Source: Burkholderiales bacterium
GTDB lineage: Bacteria; Pseudomonadota; Gammaproteobacteria; Burkholderiales; UBA11063
Assembly: GCA_020697255.1 (NCBI GenBank)
Contig: JAJFBE010000007.1
Span: 93,410 to 125,409 of the forward strand
Direction: 5' to 3'
DNA length: 32,000 nt
The notes under the pieces are model-generated. The model saw nothing but the letters and a program-made list of their open reading frames with translations. It was not told where the DNA came from and ran no database searches. Both the position numbers and the translations under genes were made by a program. Numbering within the stretch: position 1 is the first letter of the stretch; every line of letters begins with the position of its first letter. Shown piece by piece: positions 1 to 8,710 of this stretch.

Positions 1-719
1 CGTTTCATAAATTTTAATTCATTTAATCTATTCATTAAATTTTCCGGATTTTGCAGATACTCTTTTTCGGCCATAGGACAAGCCCAGACCAAAATATATA
101 AAGAGCCATGAGGAAGTAGAACTAACGCCCCACTATCATCAAAACGCTCAAAAGCAACGTTATTGTGTTTTAATTCGGTTTTAACTGCTGCAATAATTGC
201 CACCTGGCCATAATCATGTTCCTTATACCGGACCTGGTTTAATTTTATTTTACCACCTTCAGCTAAAATTACCAAATCAGCCGTTAAACATTCACCATCA
301 TTGTAAATAACCGTTGCATAGTTTTTACCAGGAGTTACTTCTTTAACACAAGCCTTAGTCAACTTAATTTCTGGAAAATTTGATATACATTGTTGCAACC
401 TATTACATAAGTTTGTGTATTTAATCGTATAACCAAGTTCAGGAAGATTGACATCTGAGGCATTAATCTGGCTAATCCCCAAACCACTATGCGATATATG
501 TACCTGCTTTATTGCTGTTGCAAAAGCCTCATCCCAGGCGTTTATGTCCTCAAGTAATTTACAACTTGCATAAGATAGTGCTAAAACCCTGCCATCTTGT
601 ATATTATCCGCATTTGCATCTAATATTGTAATATCTTTGTGGCCATAGCCTGCCAATTTTATGGCAACTACCATCCCAACCGGCCCTCCGCCAACGATTA
701 CAATAGGTTTATGAGTCAT
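1..719 (-). CDS. FAD-dependent monooxygenase, UbiH/UbiF/VisC (ubiquinone-biosynthesis hydroxylase) family; N-terminal part only, gene runs off the left edge
   Basis: Absent from the ORF track because it is truncated by the window edge. Manual reverse translation from ATG (719-717) gives MTHKPIVIVGGGPVGMVVAIKLAGYGHKDITILDANADNIQDGRVLALSYASCKLLEDINAWDEAFATAIKQVHISHSGLGISQINASDVNLPELGYTIK... It has a GGGPVG dinucleotide-binding motif at the N-terminus and a DGRxLALS block typical of UbiH-type flavoprotein hydroxylases. The start overlaps the stop of the upstream ORF (ATGA at 716-719). Confidence 0.8.
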   Translation of the reverse strand, partial: MTHKPIVIVGGGPVGMVVAIKLAGYGHKDITILDANADNIQDGRVLALSYASCKLLEDINAWDEAFATAIKQVHISHSGLGISQINASDVNLPELGYTIKYTNLCNRLQQCISNFPEIKLTKACVKEVTPGKNYATVIYNDGECLTADLVILAEGGKIKLNQVRYKEHDYGQVAIIAAVKTELKHNNVAFERFDDSGALVLLPHGSLYILVWACPMAEKEYLQNPENLMNRLNELKFMK

Positions 720-1486
720 TCATCAGTCTCGGTATAATATGGGCTATATAGGATACCAGTTTGTTTTTCTGGGGAATAATGGTAAAAAAGACAATTGGCT
801 GCTTCTTTAAAATCAATATTACTTAAGTAATTGGGATTAATTACTGCAACATTGATTGCCGCTGGACCAGGATTAATGAATGCAGGGTGAATTAATGCTG
901 GATCAGTAGAAATAATCGAGGCAGGATGAATTGATCCCGGATCAGTGACTGTAGGAATGGTTGCTATAGGATTAATTGAAGCCGGATTAACTGCTACTGG
1001 ATTAGTTAATGTAGGATTAATTATCGTAGTTTTACACCAAACATTTTTAATTTTAACGCCCGGTAAAACAAGCATCCATTTTTTAAATCCACCCTCTTCT
1101 TGAATCTCAGAAGCACTCCATTGGGGGCCTAAATTAATTTTACCCGACATATTATCAATATAATAATACGAAAAATTTGTCTCTGGGGATATTTTTATTT
1201 TAGAGTAAAATTCAGTTGGTTCTCCGGCTGTAGTTTCAAGTATAAATTTGTCAGGGCTATTATCACCAGCAGCCTTCCTTTTTTTGGCATTATCAGCAAC
1301 CGGCCTGGTCCTCCAGGCAAAAACACATTTTGCGCCATCTTCCTTATTTTCAAAACATCGCGTCATTAGACCGCCATATACAGGTTCAGCATCAACCAGT
1401 TTGATTGGCAAAAACCCAATAAGTACCCAAAAGCTTAAGTAAAACTTTAATAATAATCTATATTTTCCGGATAGAACCATCATCAC
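716..1486 (-). CDS. Secreted hypothetical protein with a tandem pentapeptide (x-x-[IVT]-[NDH]-P) repeat region
   Basis: 256-aa ORF. The N-terminus has a hydrophobic signal-like segment ending VDA/EP. aa 153-218 form a proline-periodic repeat. The stop overlaps the start of the downstream flavoprotein gene (ATGA). No family recognised. Three adjacent Met codons (1486/1483/1480) leave the exact start ambiguous. Confidence 0.6.
   Translation of the reverse strand: MMMVLSGKYRLLLKFYLSFWVLIGFLPIKLVDAEPVYGGLMTRCFENKEDGAKCVFAWRTRPVADNAKKRKAAGDNSPDKFILETTAGEPTEFYSKIKISPETNFSYYYIDNMSGKINLGPQWSASEIQEEGGFKKWMLVLPGVKIKNVWCKTTIINPTLTNPVAVNPASINPIATIPTVTDPGSIHPASIISTDPALIHPAFINPGPAAINVAVINPNYLSNIDFKEAANCLFYHYSPEKQTGILYSPYYTETDE
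833..1030 (-). repeat. Coding tandem repeat (about 13 units of ~15 nt) encoding TIINP TLTNP VAVNP ASINP IATIP TVTDP GSIHP ... ALIHP AFINP ... VAVINP
   Basis: Prolines fall at aa 158,163,168,173,178,183,188 (exact period 5), then at 196,201,206,218. On the plus strand the DNA shows a recurring ggattaat / ggatgaat / ggattagt motif. Confidence 0.75.
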
Positions 1487-1562
1487 TACATCCTTAAATT
1501 TTATTAAGGCCTAAATTGTAGCATAAGTTGTAATACTTCTAATTTGTGTTATTTAAAACACT

Positions 1563-2267
1563 CTAATAAGATTTAAAATTATCGTAAGCTTCCTTACTAT
1601 ACCATTTGTAATTTGGATTATTAAACCCGGCTAAAAAAACATCACTTAAAATCCCGCATTTAGCACCATTTGGTGATAAATTAGTGCCGTTCTTCATTAT
1701 AGTCCAGATAATATTACCTTCACTGTTACTATTTTTAGAGACTTCGTAATTATTACCTTTTTCATCTAACCATACATATTTGCTTCTAGTATTTGCAATT
1801 GACATATCAATAGGTGTACCTAAATCTCTTTCAGGAGGCTGCATATTATCTGTAAAGCTTGTCGGGTATGAAGTGTATACTCTATCACTGTCTTTAGTAT
1901 AAGACCATGACAAAAACGTATAAGGATGCGGCCCTTCCTCTTTATCATTATAAAAAAAACAAACCCTTATAAGTTTATTATCTTGTACAACTCCTCTACC
2001 TGAGCATACTGTAGCAAGGTTATCTGCAATAGTGATATTTTTTATACCATCTGCTACTTTTGATGTAAAGTCACAACCAGTAGTATCAGACCATCTATCG
2101 TCTAAAACTTGTCGGCTACTCACCCAATATGCCCAGTATGCATATTTTTTACAGGTATAACTTTCTTCTTTATCTAAATTTTTTAAATAACAAACTGCTT
2201 CTGTAGCAAAGATATCTGTACTATAGATGCAAAGTATTAATATAAAAAAATGTTTTAGTTTATTCAT
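1563..2267 (-). CDS. Secreted six-cysteine protein, lineage-specific family (paralog A)
   Basis: 234 aa. Signal peptide MNKLKHFFILILCIYSTDIFA/TEAV. It shares ordered blocks with 2322-3018 and 21766-22638: CY..YTC, TVCSG, IRVCFFY, YTFLSWSYTK, GAKCGIL and an aromatic-rich C-terminal tail. Confidence 0.75.
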   Translation of the reverse strand: MNKLKHFFILILCIYSTDIFATEAVCYLKNLDKEESYTCKKYAYWAYWVSSRQVLDDRWSDTTGCDFTSKVADGIKNITIADNLATVCSGRGVVQDNKLIRVCFFYNDKEEGPHPYTFLSWSYTKDSDRVYTSYPTSFTDNMQPPERDLGTPIDMSIANTRSKYVWLDEKGNNYEVSKNSNSEGNIIWTIMKNGTNLSPNGAKCGILSDVFLAGFNNPNYKWYSKEAYDNFKSY

Positions 2268-2321
2268 TATACAACCATCTTTATCAATCTCTTATAAAAT
2301 TTATGCAACACTTATATTACC

Positions 2322-3018
2322 CTAAAAAAGGGGTGGTAACTTTTTAAAATCATCCCAGGTATAATTGCTGACATCTATAACTCCAGGGGTTATAACTAGC
2401 CGGCACTTAGCATGCTCAGCCAAAGTATAATCATTTCTTTTTAATACCCACTCGCCTCCATTGAGAGGAAGTGTATATGCAACATACCTGCCTGAACCAT
2501 TTGTCCATTCATAATGACTGGTATTATCGCCAGGTAATAACTTTCCTATAGTTTTTGAACTTACAGGAATAGCAGTGCTTACCCCACTAGCAGTATAAAT
2601 TTTTCTGTCAGTATCATTCTTATTGTAGCTCCAGGCCAAAAGTTTGTATTTTTGGCTGGACATTTCGTAATAAACACAAACCTGGTTTACTTGATAATCG
2701 ATTGTTGCACTAGAACATAAATTTGAGAGCGTAAGCTCATTAAATTCATTAGGGCTAGAGAATCCAGGTCCATGGGAGCCTGAGCGAAATACCAGAGTAT
2801 TTTCATCACAATCGCTCCTTGACCTCCATCCACTACCATTTGATAATGAAATATCTACCCACCTGGCCTCCCATAACGATGCGAAAATATTGCCGTAATC
2901 TTTTTCAAGACAAACACAAATACTGCCTTCCCGGATAGCAGGAAGCTGCTGTAGCAGCATAGCTATTTACAGCACTGATGCAAAAAACCAGCCATAACAT
3001 ATACTTTAATTTATGCAT
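2322..3018 (-). pseudogene. Secreted six-cysteine protein family, paralog B, disrupted by a frameshift (or needs recoding or a sequence correction)
   Basis: The track ORF (2322-2960) lacks a signal peptide. Manual translation of another frame from ATG 3018 gives MHKLKYMLWLVFCISAVNSYAATAASCYPGRQYLCLS*, with the stop at 2905-2907. This matches the N-termini of paralogs A and C (signal peptide, then SCY...Y-x-C). The body continues in the track frame (..CLEKDYGNIFASLWEARW..). The total span of 697 nt is 1 mod 3, consistent with a 1-nt insertion or 2-nt deletion somewhere in ~2905-2941 (a TGTGTTTGT / GAAAAAG context). Confidence 0.7.
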
Positions 3019-3245
3019 GACACACCTTCTTGAAAAATACATCGAGCACATAAAGGCTAAACGAACCATAATCACTAGATTTTATCATAGTTATAAAAAG
3101 TTTTCAAGGCCAGTGTTGATAAAAATATTTATTGAACGGCTGGGTTGCATGTACTGTTCTTCTTCCTCAATAAATAAACTCTCCTGCTTAAGGCACAAAT
3201 CCGTTAAAATTAGGGGTTAATATTTTATGATTACGGACCAGGCAA

Positions 3246-4487
3246 ATGAATCAAAATAGAGCACTGTTTAGCATATTTTTAACCATATTTATCGCTTTAC
3301 TGGGAGTAGGAGTACTTATCCCCATATATCCGTTATTGGTAGTTTCCCATTCACCATTTAGAGTAATTCCAGACTCCTGGTCATCTGGTTCTGGGCTACT
3401 AATGCTTGGTTGGTTAAGTGCCTCATTCCCTATGGCACAATTTATCTCTTCACCAATCTGGGGACAGTTATCCGATAAGTTCGGCCGCAAAAGAACTATG
3501 CTTTTATCAGTATTTGGTACTTCAATATCTTATTTATTATTTGCCATAGCAATTATATACAAAAATATTCCATTACTTTTTTTCTCGCGGATAATGGATG
3601 GTTGTGCTGGTGGAAATATAGCTATTGCCCAGGCAGCAATTGCAGACATTAGTACTCCGCAAAACAGAGCTAAAAACTTTGGGCTAATCGGAATGGCTTT
3701 TGGTCTGGGTTTTATTATAGGACCAGTAATTGGTGGAGTTTTTTCTAATCACAATTTGGTCAGCTGGTTTAATGCAGCAACACCATTTTATTTTATTGCC
3801 GGATTATGTTTTTTCAACATGTTTTTTATAATTAAATTTTTACCTGAAACATTAAAAATAAGAAGCGAAAAACGTATAAATATTACAAAACCACTTCATA
3901 ATATCGCTATGGCATTTTCAAAACCAGGCCTTCGCAATATAATGCCTGCAATTTTTCTGTTTAACGGTGGTTTTACCTTTTTTAGTACATTCTGTGCTGT
4001 AATAATGGCCTCCAAATATCATTTCACACAAACAGCTATTGGCAATTATTTTGCTTATGTTGGGGTAATGATTGTCTTATCCCAGGGCATTTTAGTCAGG
4101 AGGATTGCAAAAGTTGCCAAAGATTACCAGGTATTACGGTTTAGCTTATTTGGGACGGGTATTTGTTTAATGGCATATTTCTTTATTCCTACCGGCTCCT
4201 ACTATTTATTATACGTCATACCACCTTTTTTAGCCGGGTGTAATGCCCTAACCATGTCATTTAACGGAGCGCTAATAACCCGGGTTACGCCTGAGAATAT
4301 GCGCGGAGAAGCAATGGGAATTAATTCTAGCGTTATGGCTATGTCCTGGGCAATTCCGGCAATAATATCAGGATATATCGCAAGTATTGGAGAAACATTA
4401 CCTATACTTGTTGGCAGTATTGTTTGTATAAGTGGCGGCGTGTGCTTCTGGTTAATGTTTAATCCAAAACAATTCCCTAACGTTTAA
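3246..4487 (+). CDS. MFS transporter, DHA1/TetA-like drug:H+ antiporter family
   Basis: 413 aa and highly hydrophobic, with about 12 TM segments. MFS motif A, GQLSDKFGRKR, lies after the second TM segment. The gene ends 13 nt before prlC. Confidence 0.85.
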   Translation: MNQNRALFSIFLTIFIALLGVGVLIPIYPLLVVSHSPFRVIPDSWSSGSGLLMLGWLSASFPMAQFISSPIWGQLSDKFGRKRTMLLSVFGTSISYLLFAIAIIYKNIPLLFFSRIMDGCAGGNIAIAQAAIADISTPQNRAKNFGLIGMAFGLGFIIGPVIGGVFSNHNLVSWFNAATPFYFIAGLCFFNMFFIIKFLPETLKIRSEKRINITKPLHNIAMAFSKPGLRNIMPAIFLFNGGFTFFSTFCAVIMASKYHFTQTAIGNYFAYVGVMIVLSQGILVRRIAKVAKDYQVLRFSLFGTGICLMAYFFIPTGSYYLLYVIPPFLAGCNALTMSFNGALITRVTPENMRGEAMGINSSVMAMSWAIPAIISGYIASIGETLPILVGSIVCISGGVCFWLMFNPKQFPNV

Positions 4488-4500
4488 TGAGAGGATATTA

Positions 4501-6513
4501 GTGAATCCATTACTTCATAAATATGAATTTATTCCTTTTGGTAAATTTGATGTTAAGCAACTGGAAGAAGCTTTAAACAAGTTTCTCTCCCAGATTAAAG
4601 TGAATATAACGCAATTAGAAGAACTAAATAATGCTACCTGGGATCAAGTTAATCAGCTCTTGCACTCAAAACTTTATCAATTAAACCAATTATGGGGCCT
4701 TACCGGGCACCTATTGGCTGTGAATGATACTCAGGAATTGCGCGATTTACAAGCTAAATTTCAGCCAATTATCACTGAATTCTATGTAAACTTAGGGCAA
4801 AATGAAAAAATATATAAGCATTATAAACATATAAAAAAACAAGGATATGAAATGCTTGATGAGACTACTCGAAAAGTAATTGATAATGAGTTTAGAGAGT
4901 TCTTTTTAAGCGGAATTGATCTAAGCAAGACAAAAAAGGCAGCATTTAAACAAATCCAAAATCAATTAAGCCTGCTTGCTACAAAATTTGAACAAAACAT
5001 ATTAGATGCCACTGACAAATATTCTAAGCTCGTGACAATGGAACAATTACCAGGGCTTCCCAGTGATGTACTACAAATGCTAGCTTTCAATGCAACTAAG
5101 GATGGACATGATGGATTATATAAAATAAGCCTGCACTTACCATGCTACATCCCTATCATGCAGTATTGTGAAAACAGGGATTTACGTGAAGAACTTTATC
5201 GCGCATATGTAACCAGGGCCAGCGAGTTTGGCCCCCCCGAACTAGATAATACACAGCTAATTAGTAAAATATTACAGCTACGTCAGGAAAAAGCCAAGGT
5301 TCTAGGTTTTGGTGATTATACCGAGCTTTCCTTATATACCAAAATGGCTGAAAGCTCTAAACAGATACTAGACTTTTTATATCAACTGGCAGAAAAATCC
5401 AAAGCACATGCAACTAAAGATGTACATGAATTAAAAAATATAGCGAAAAAATTTGGTGTAACCAGCCTAAAAGCCTGGGATATAGCGTATTTTAGCGAAA
5501 AACTACAACAAGAAAAATATAGCTACTCTAATGATGAATTGAAGCAATATTTCCAGTTACCGGTTGTTATCGATGGATTATTTAAATTAATTAAACAGCT
5601 ATATAATGTGGATTTTGTGCCTAATAATGATATTCCAACCTGGCATAAGGATATGCAAACATTCAATGTAATAAAAGATGGTAAGAATATTGGTAATTTA
5701 TATATGGATCTCAGCGCTAGAAATGGTAAACAATCGGGGGCGTGGATGAACTCGGCCCGGGATCGCTTTACGTATGGCAGTAAAACCTTTACGCCACAAG
5801 CATATATCATTTGTAACTTTACACCGCCAATTAATAATATGCCATCCTTACTGACCTTTGATGAGGTGCAGACTCTATTTCACGAAATGGGACATGCACT
5901 CCATCATTTATTAACCCGAATTAACCATTTTGCCATTTCCGGTATTAATGGGGTTGAATGGGATGCCGTTGAACTCCCTTCACAATTTATGGAATATTTT
6001 ACCTGGAATTATCATATACTGCAAACTATAACCCGGCATATAAAAACTGATGAGGTATTGCCACTTGAGCTATATAACAAACTGCTTAAAAGCCGTCATT
6101 ACCAGTCTGGTCTACAAATGTTACGCCAGCTTGAATTTGCTATATTTGACCTGTCGCTTCACCAGGCGTTGAGTGCCGGGATTGACTATAATGCTCTACT
6201 TAATCAAATCAGGAAAGATATTGCTGTGATTATACCGCCAAAATATAATAGATTCCCTAACACCTTCTCGCATATATTTGCCGGCGGGTATGCTTCTGGT
6301 TACTATAGTTACAAATGGGCTGAAGTGTTGGCAACCGATATTTTTGCCGTGTTTGATGGGGCCGGTATACAAGAATATGCTCGCCTGGGACAAAAATTTT
6401 ATGAAAATATCTTATCTGTTGGTGGGTTAAAACCAATGCTGGATAACTTTAAATCTTTTATGGGTCGGATTCCACAGGTTGATGCGCTCTTAAAGTACTC
6501 AGGAATTGAGTAA
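4501..6513 (+). CDS. prlC: Oligopeptidase A (M3 family zinc metallopeptidase)
   Basis: 670 aa. Zinc motif FHEMGHALHH (HExxH) and end-to-end M3/OpdA-like sequence (e.g. YASGYYSYKWAEVL). GTG start preceded by GAGG at 4491-4494. Confidence 0.9.
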   Translation: MNPLLHKYEFIPFGKFDVKQLEEALNKFLSQIKVNITQLEELNNATWDQVNQLLHSKLYQLNQLWGLTGHLLAVNDTQELRDLQAKFQPIITEFYVNLGQNEKIYKHYKHIKKQGYEMLDETTRKVIDNEFREFFLSGIDLSKTKKAAFKQIQNQLSLLATKFEQNILDATDKYSKLVTMEQLPGLPSDVLQMLAFNATKDGHDGLYKISLHLPCYIPIMQYCENRDLREELYRAYVTRASEFGPPELDNTQLISKILQLRQEKAKVLGFGDYTELSLYTKMAESSKQILDFLYQLAEKSKAHATKDVHELKNIAKKFGVTSLKAWDIAYFSEKLQQEKYSYSNDELKQYFQLPVVIDGLFKLIKQLYNVDFVPNNDIPTWHKDMQTFNVIKDGKNIGNLYMDLSARNGKQSGAWMNSARDRFTYGSKTFTPQAYIICNFTPPINNMPSLLTFDEVQTLFHEMGHALHHLLTRINHFAISGINGVEWDAVELPSQFMEYFTWNYHILQTITRHIKTDEVLPLELYNKLLKSRHYQSGLQMLRQLEFAIFDLSLHQALSAGIDYNALLNQIRKDIAVIIPPKYNRFPNTFSHIFAGGYASGYYSYKWAEVLATDIFAVFDGAGIQEYARLGQKFYENILSVGGLKPMLDNFKSFMGRIPQVDALLKYSGIE

Positions 6514-6580
6514 AATTATATTTGCCAGTTTTGGTCATACATGATAAAATAAGAACTGACATAATGTACTTCCAAACAAG

Positions 6581-6619
6581 CCTGTAGTAGATTATAAATA
6601 CTTAATGATCTACTATAGG
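6581..6619 (+). terminator. Candidate stem-loop downstream of prlC
   Basis: cctgtagtagat (6581-6592) pairs with atctactatagg (6608-6619): a 12-bp stem with one G-U pair and a 15-nt loop. The following T-tract is only modest. Confidence 0.35.
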
Positions 6620-6662
6620 CTATTTGATACTATTTTCATCAGATACGGGACCCTTGCTAGTT

Positions 6663-8594
6663 ATGAAAACTCTACCCAAAATTAAATTTACCAGTTATTT
6701 ACATTTATCAATCTTTACAATAGGAATTTATAGCTTTAGCGTGACAGGTTTAGCCCTTAGCAACCTATCAACACCAGTTTATACTTCTGCATCGGCTGCC
6801 ATAAAACTTGATAAAACAAATTTTGGCGGGGGTTTTGTCCTGGAAGACTGGTTCTTTGCCCGGGATACTGTTGGTCATAATGTGTCATCAACATGTGAAG
6901 AAGCAAAAAATGGGGGCGTGGGTAGTAGCCAGGTATTTATTGGGAATGCCCTGGTAAAACAAGTAGCGGACTTCACCTGGACCTCTGAAACCGATTTAAT
7001 TAAAAAATTGTCTGGTCATGGTTATTCTCCAGAAGATATTGAAAAGATTTTCCAATACCATCGTGATACATATTTGGGTAAAACCTTAGAAAATAATGAA
7101 GTAGTATTCACCAAATTGCGTGAGGCTAAAGCCACCGGCATAAAAATAATACGTCTACCAATAACCTGGGCAATACAATATGACAAATCATATACATTTA
7201 CTAAGCCAGATGGACAGGTAGTTACCCTACCTGCGGAGTACGACATTAAAGGAAACACTATAGCTAATGTTCCTAAAAGTAATGGCAATGTCCAGCTAAT
7301 TCAGGATCCTTTTTATTCGGATAAAAAATGGGCAAGTATCCCAATTAGCCAGATCGAAGCAGTTTTAAAAGGAGCAAACCAACTTGGAATGCAAGTTATC
7401 CTGGATGTACATGCATTTCCGGGTGGCTCCAGTGATGGCACATACAATGGAGTTTGGCCTGATGCCCCAAGGTTTTGGCTGCCTAAAAAAGAAGTTTATC
7501 AAGCTAACTTCAGGGCTATTTTTGATAGGCTGGTTGCCTGGGCAAGTGACTTAAAAGAAACCGACCCTGCCGCATTCGCGGGGTTAGCCGGTCTAACACC
7601 AATGAATGAGCCAGCCCATCTTATGGGGTTTTTGGAAATATCCAAAAATGAACCGTTACTTTCAAAAAAACCTGTATGTAGCGCTACTGACAGCACCGGC
7701 AAAATTATATCCTGGGGAGTACAGCCAAAAGATGTGCTAGATACATTGGCTCTTGCAGTAGAAGATTTTAGGGCATCAGTATTATCGAAAACGCAGGTAA
7801 AATTAGTTATGAATGTAATTGAAACCATGTATAACCCCAATGACTATAATCCAAAAGATCAAAAAACGTACCCATTTAGCCTTATAGGAAACTGGTGGTT
7901 GGGCATAACCAGCCCTGAAGAGCGGAAAGTGTGGGCTGCTGTAGATATTCATCACTATGTGGCCTGGGATGGCGGTTGTAATAATGTCCTAACAGCAAAG
8001 CATCCACTATACAACCAAACCGGTGACCTGCAATGGAATGATCCGGGCGTATGGAAGAGTCCGATTTTTGAAAAAGATAGCTCAGGTAAAACAATCCTGC
8101 AATATGCCATAAAAAATCCCGATGGAACTTATACAATTATAGATAATGATAATTTTAATAAAACGTATAAAAAAACTGATGGTACGCTTTTTGTAGACAA
8201 TCGAAATGGCTTTGCCCAGATTAAAGCTTGTAGTACATGGTTTTTGAATGTACGTAGAGAGCTTGGAATTTTAGATAATAACGAGCTGGTATTTGCCAGC
8301 GAGTTTAGTGCCGGAACCAATTCTGATTCTTGGAAATCTGGCTCTAGCGGACGGGCACTTAATAACAATAAGCCTATAACTATTACAAATTTTGATACCT
8401 ACCGTAATACCTTCCTCGAGGCACAGGTTAAGAATGCTGCGGAAGCAAGCGTAGAAGCTATTTTCTGGACATGGAAGATCGAAAATAATAACTTTTCAGA
8501 CTGGAGCCTGTCTACTATATGTAATAGTGCTAAAAAACCAAGTGTGTGCGGCGGCAATAGCAATGCTAATGCCAATAGCTATCCTGCCTATTAA
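6663..8594 (+). CDS. Secreted glycoside hydrolase family 5 (beta-glucanase / exo-1,3-beta-glucanase-like)
   Basis: GH5 landmarks occur in order: IIRLPITWAI, VILDVHAFPGGSSDG, LTPMNEPAH (acid/base Glu), VDIHHYVAW, VFASEFSAG (nucleophile Glu). The track start is TTG at 6624. ATG at 6663 gives MKTLPKIKFTSYLHLSIFTIGIYSFSVTGLALS, a signal peptide, so it is preferred. Confidence 0.8.
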   Translation: MKTLPKIKFTSYLHLSIFTIGIYSFSVTGLALSNLSTPVYTSASAAIKLDKTNFGGGFVLEDWFFARDTVGHNVSSTCEEAKNGGVGSSQVFIGNALVKQVADFTWTSETDLIKKLSGHGYSPEDIEKIFQYHRDTYLGKTLENNEVVFTKLREAKATGIKIIRLPITWAIQYDKSYTFTKPDGQVVTLPAEYDIKGNTIANVPKSNGNVQLIQDPFYSDKKWASIPISQIEAVLKGANQLGMQVILDVHAFPGGSSDGTYNGVWPDAPRFWLPKKEVYQANFRAIFDRLVAWASDLKETDPAAFAGLAGLTPMNEPAHLMGFLEISKNEPLLSKKPVCSATDSTGKIISWGVQPKDVLDTLALAVEDFRASVLSKTQVKLVMNVIETMYNPNDYNPKDQKTYPFSLIGNWWLGITSPEERKVWAAVDIHHYVAWDGGCNNVLTAKHPLYNQTGDLQWNDPGVWKSPIFEKDSSGKTILQYAIKNPDGTYTIIDNDNFNKTYKKTDGTLFVDNRNGFAQIKACSTWFLNVRRELGILDNNELVFASEFSAGTNSDSWKSGSSGRALNNNKPITITNFDTYRNTFLEAQVKNAAEASVEAIFWTWKIENNNFSDWSLSTICNSAKKPSVCGGNSNANANSYPAY

Positions 8595-8621
8595 TTAATA
8601 ACTTCATTGTACTTATAAAGT

Positions 8622-8660
8622 TAGTTAACATCGCTTGTGAAAAACCAGAGATGTTAACTA
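8622..8660. terminator. Perfect 11-bp inverted repeat between convergent genes (candidate bidirectional terminator)
   Basis: tagttaacatc (8622-8632) and gatgttaacta (8650-8660) with a 17-nt loop. It sits in the 116-bp gap between the GH5 stop and the stop of the 8711-9427 gene. Confidence 0.45.
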
Positions 8661-8710
8661 CTACATTTTGCGGAATGTCCTAAAAAGCATTGATTTAATT
8701 TCAAGGTGTA

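Noticed and set aside
2978-3220. 80-aa plus-strand ORF upstream of the MFS gene.
   Set aside because: Its 5' end lies antisense to the genuine signal-peptide segment of paralog B (2905-3018). The remainder is promoter-type AT-rich DNA, and there is no supporting motif.
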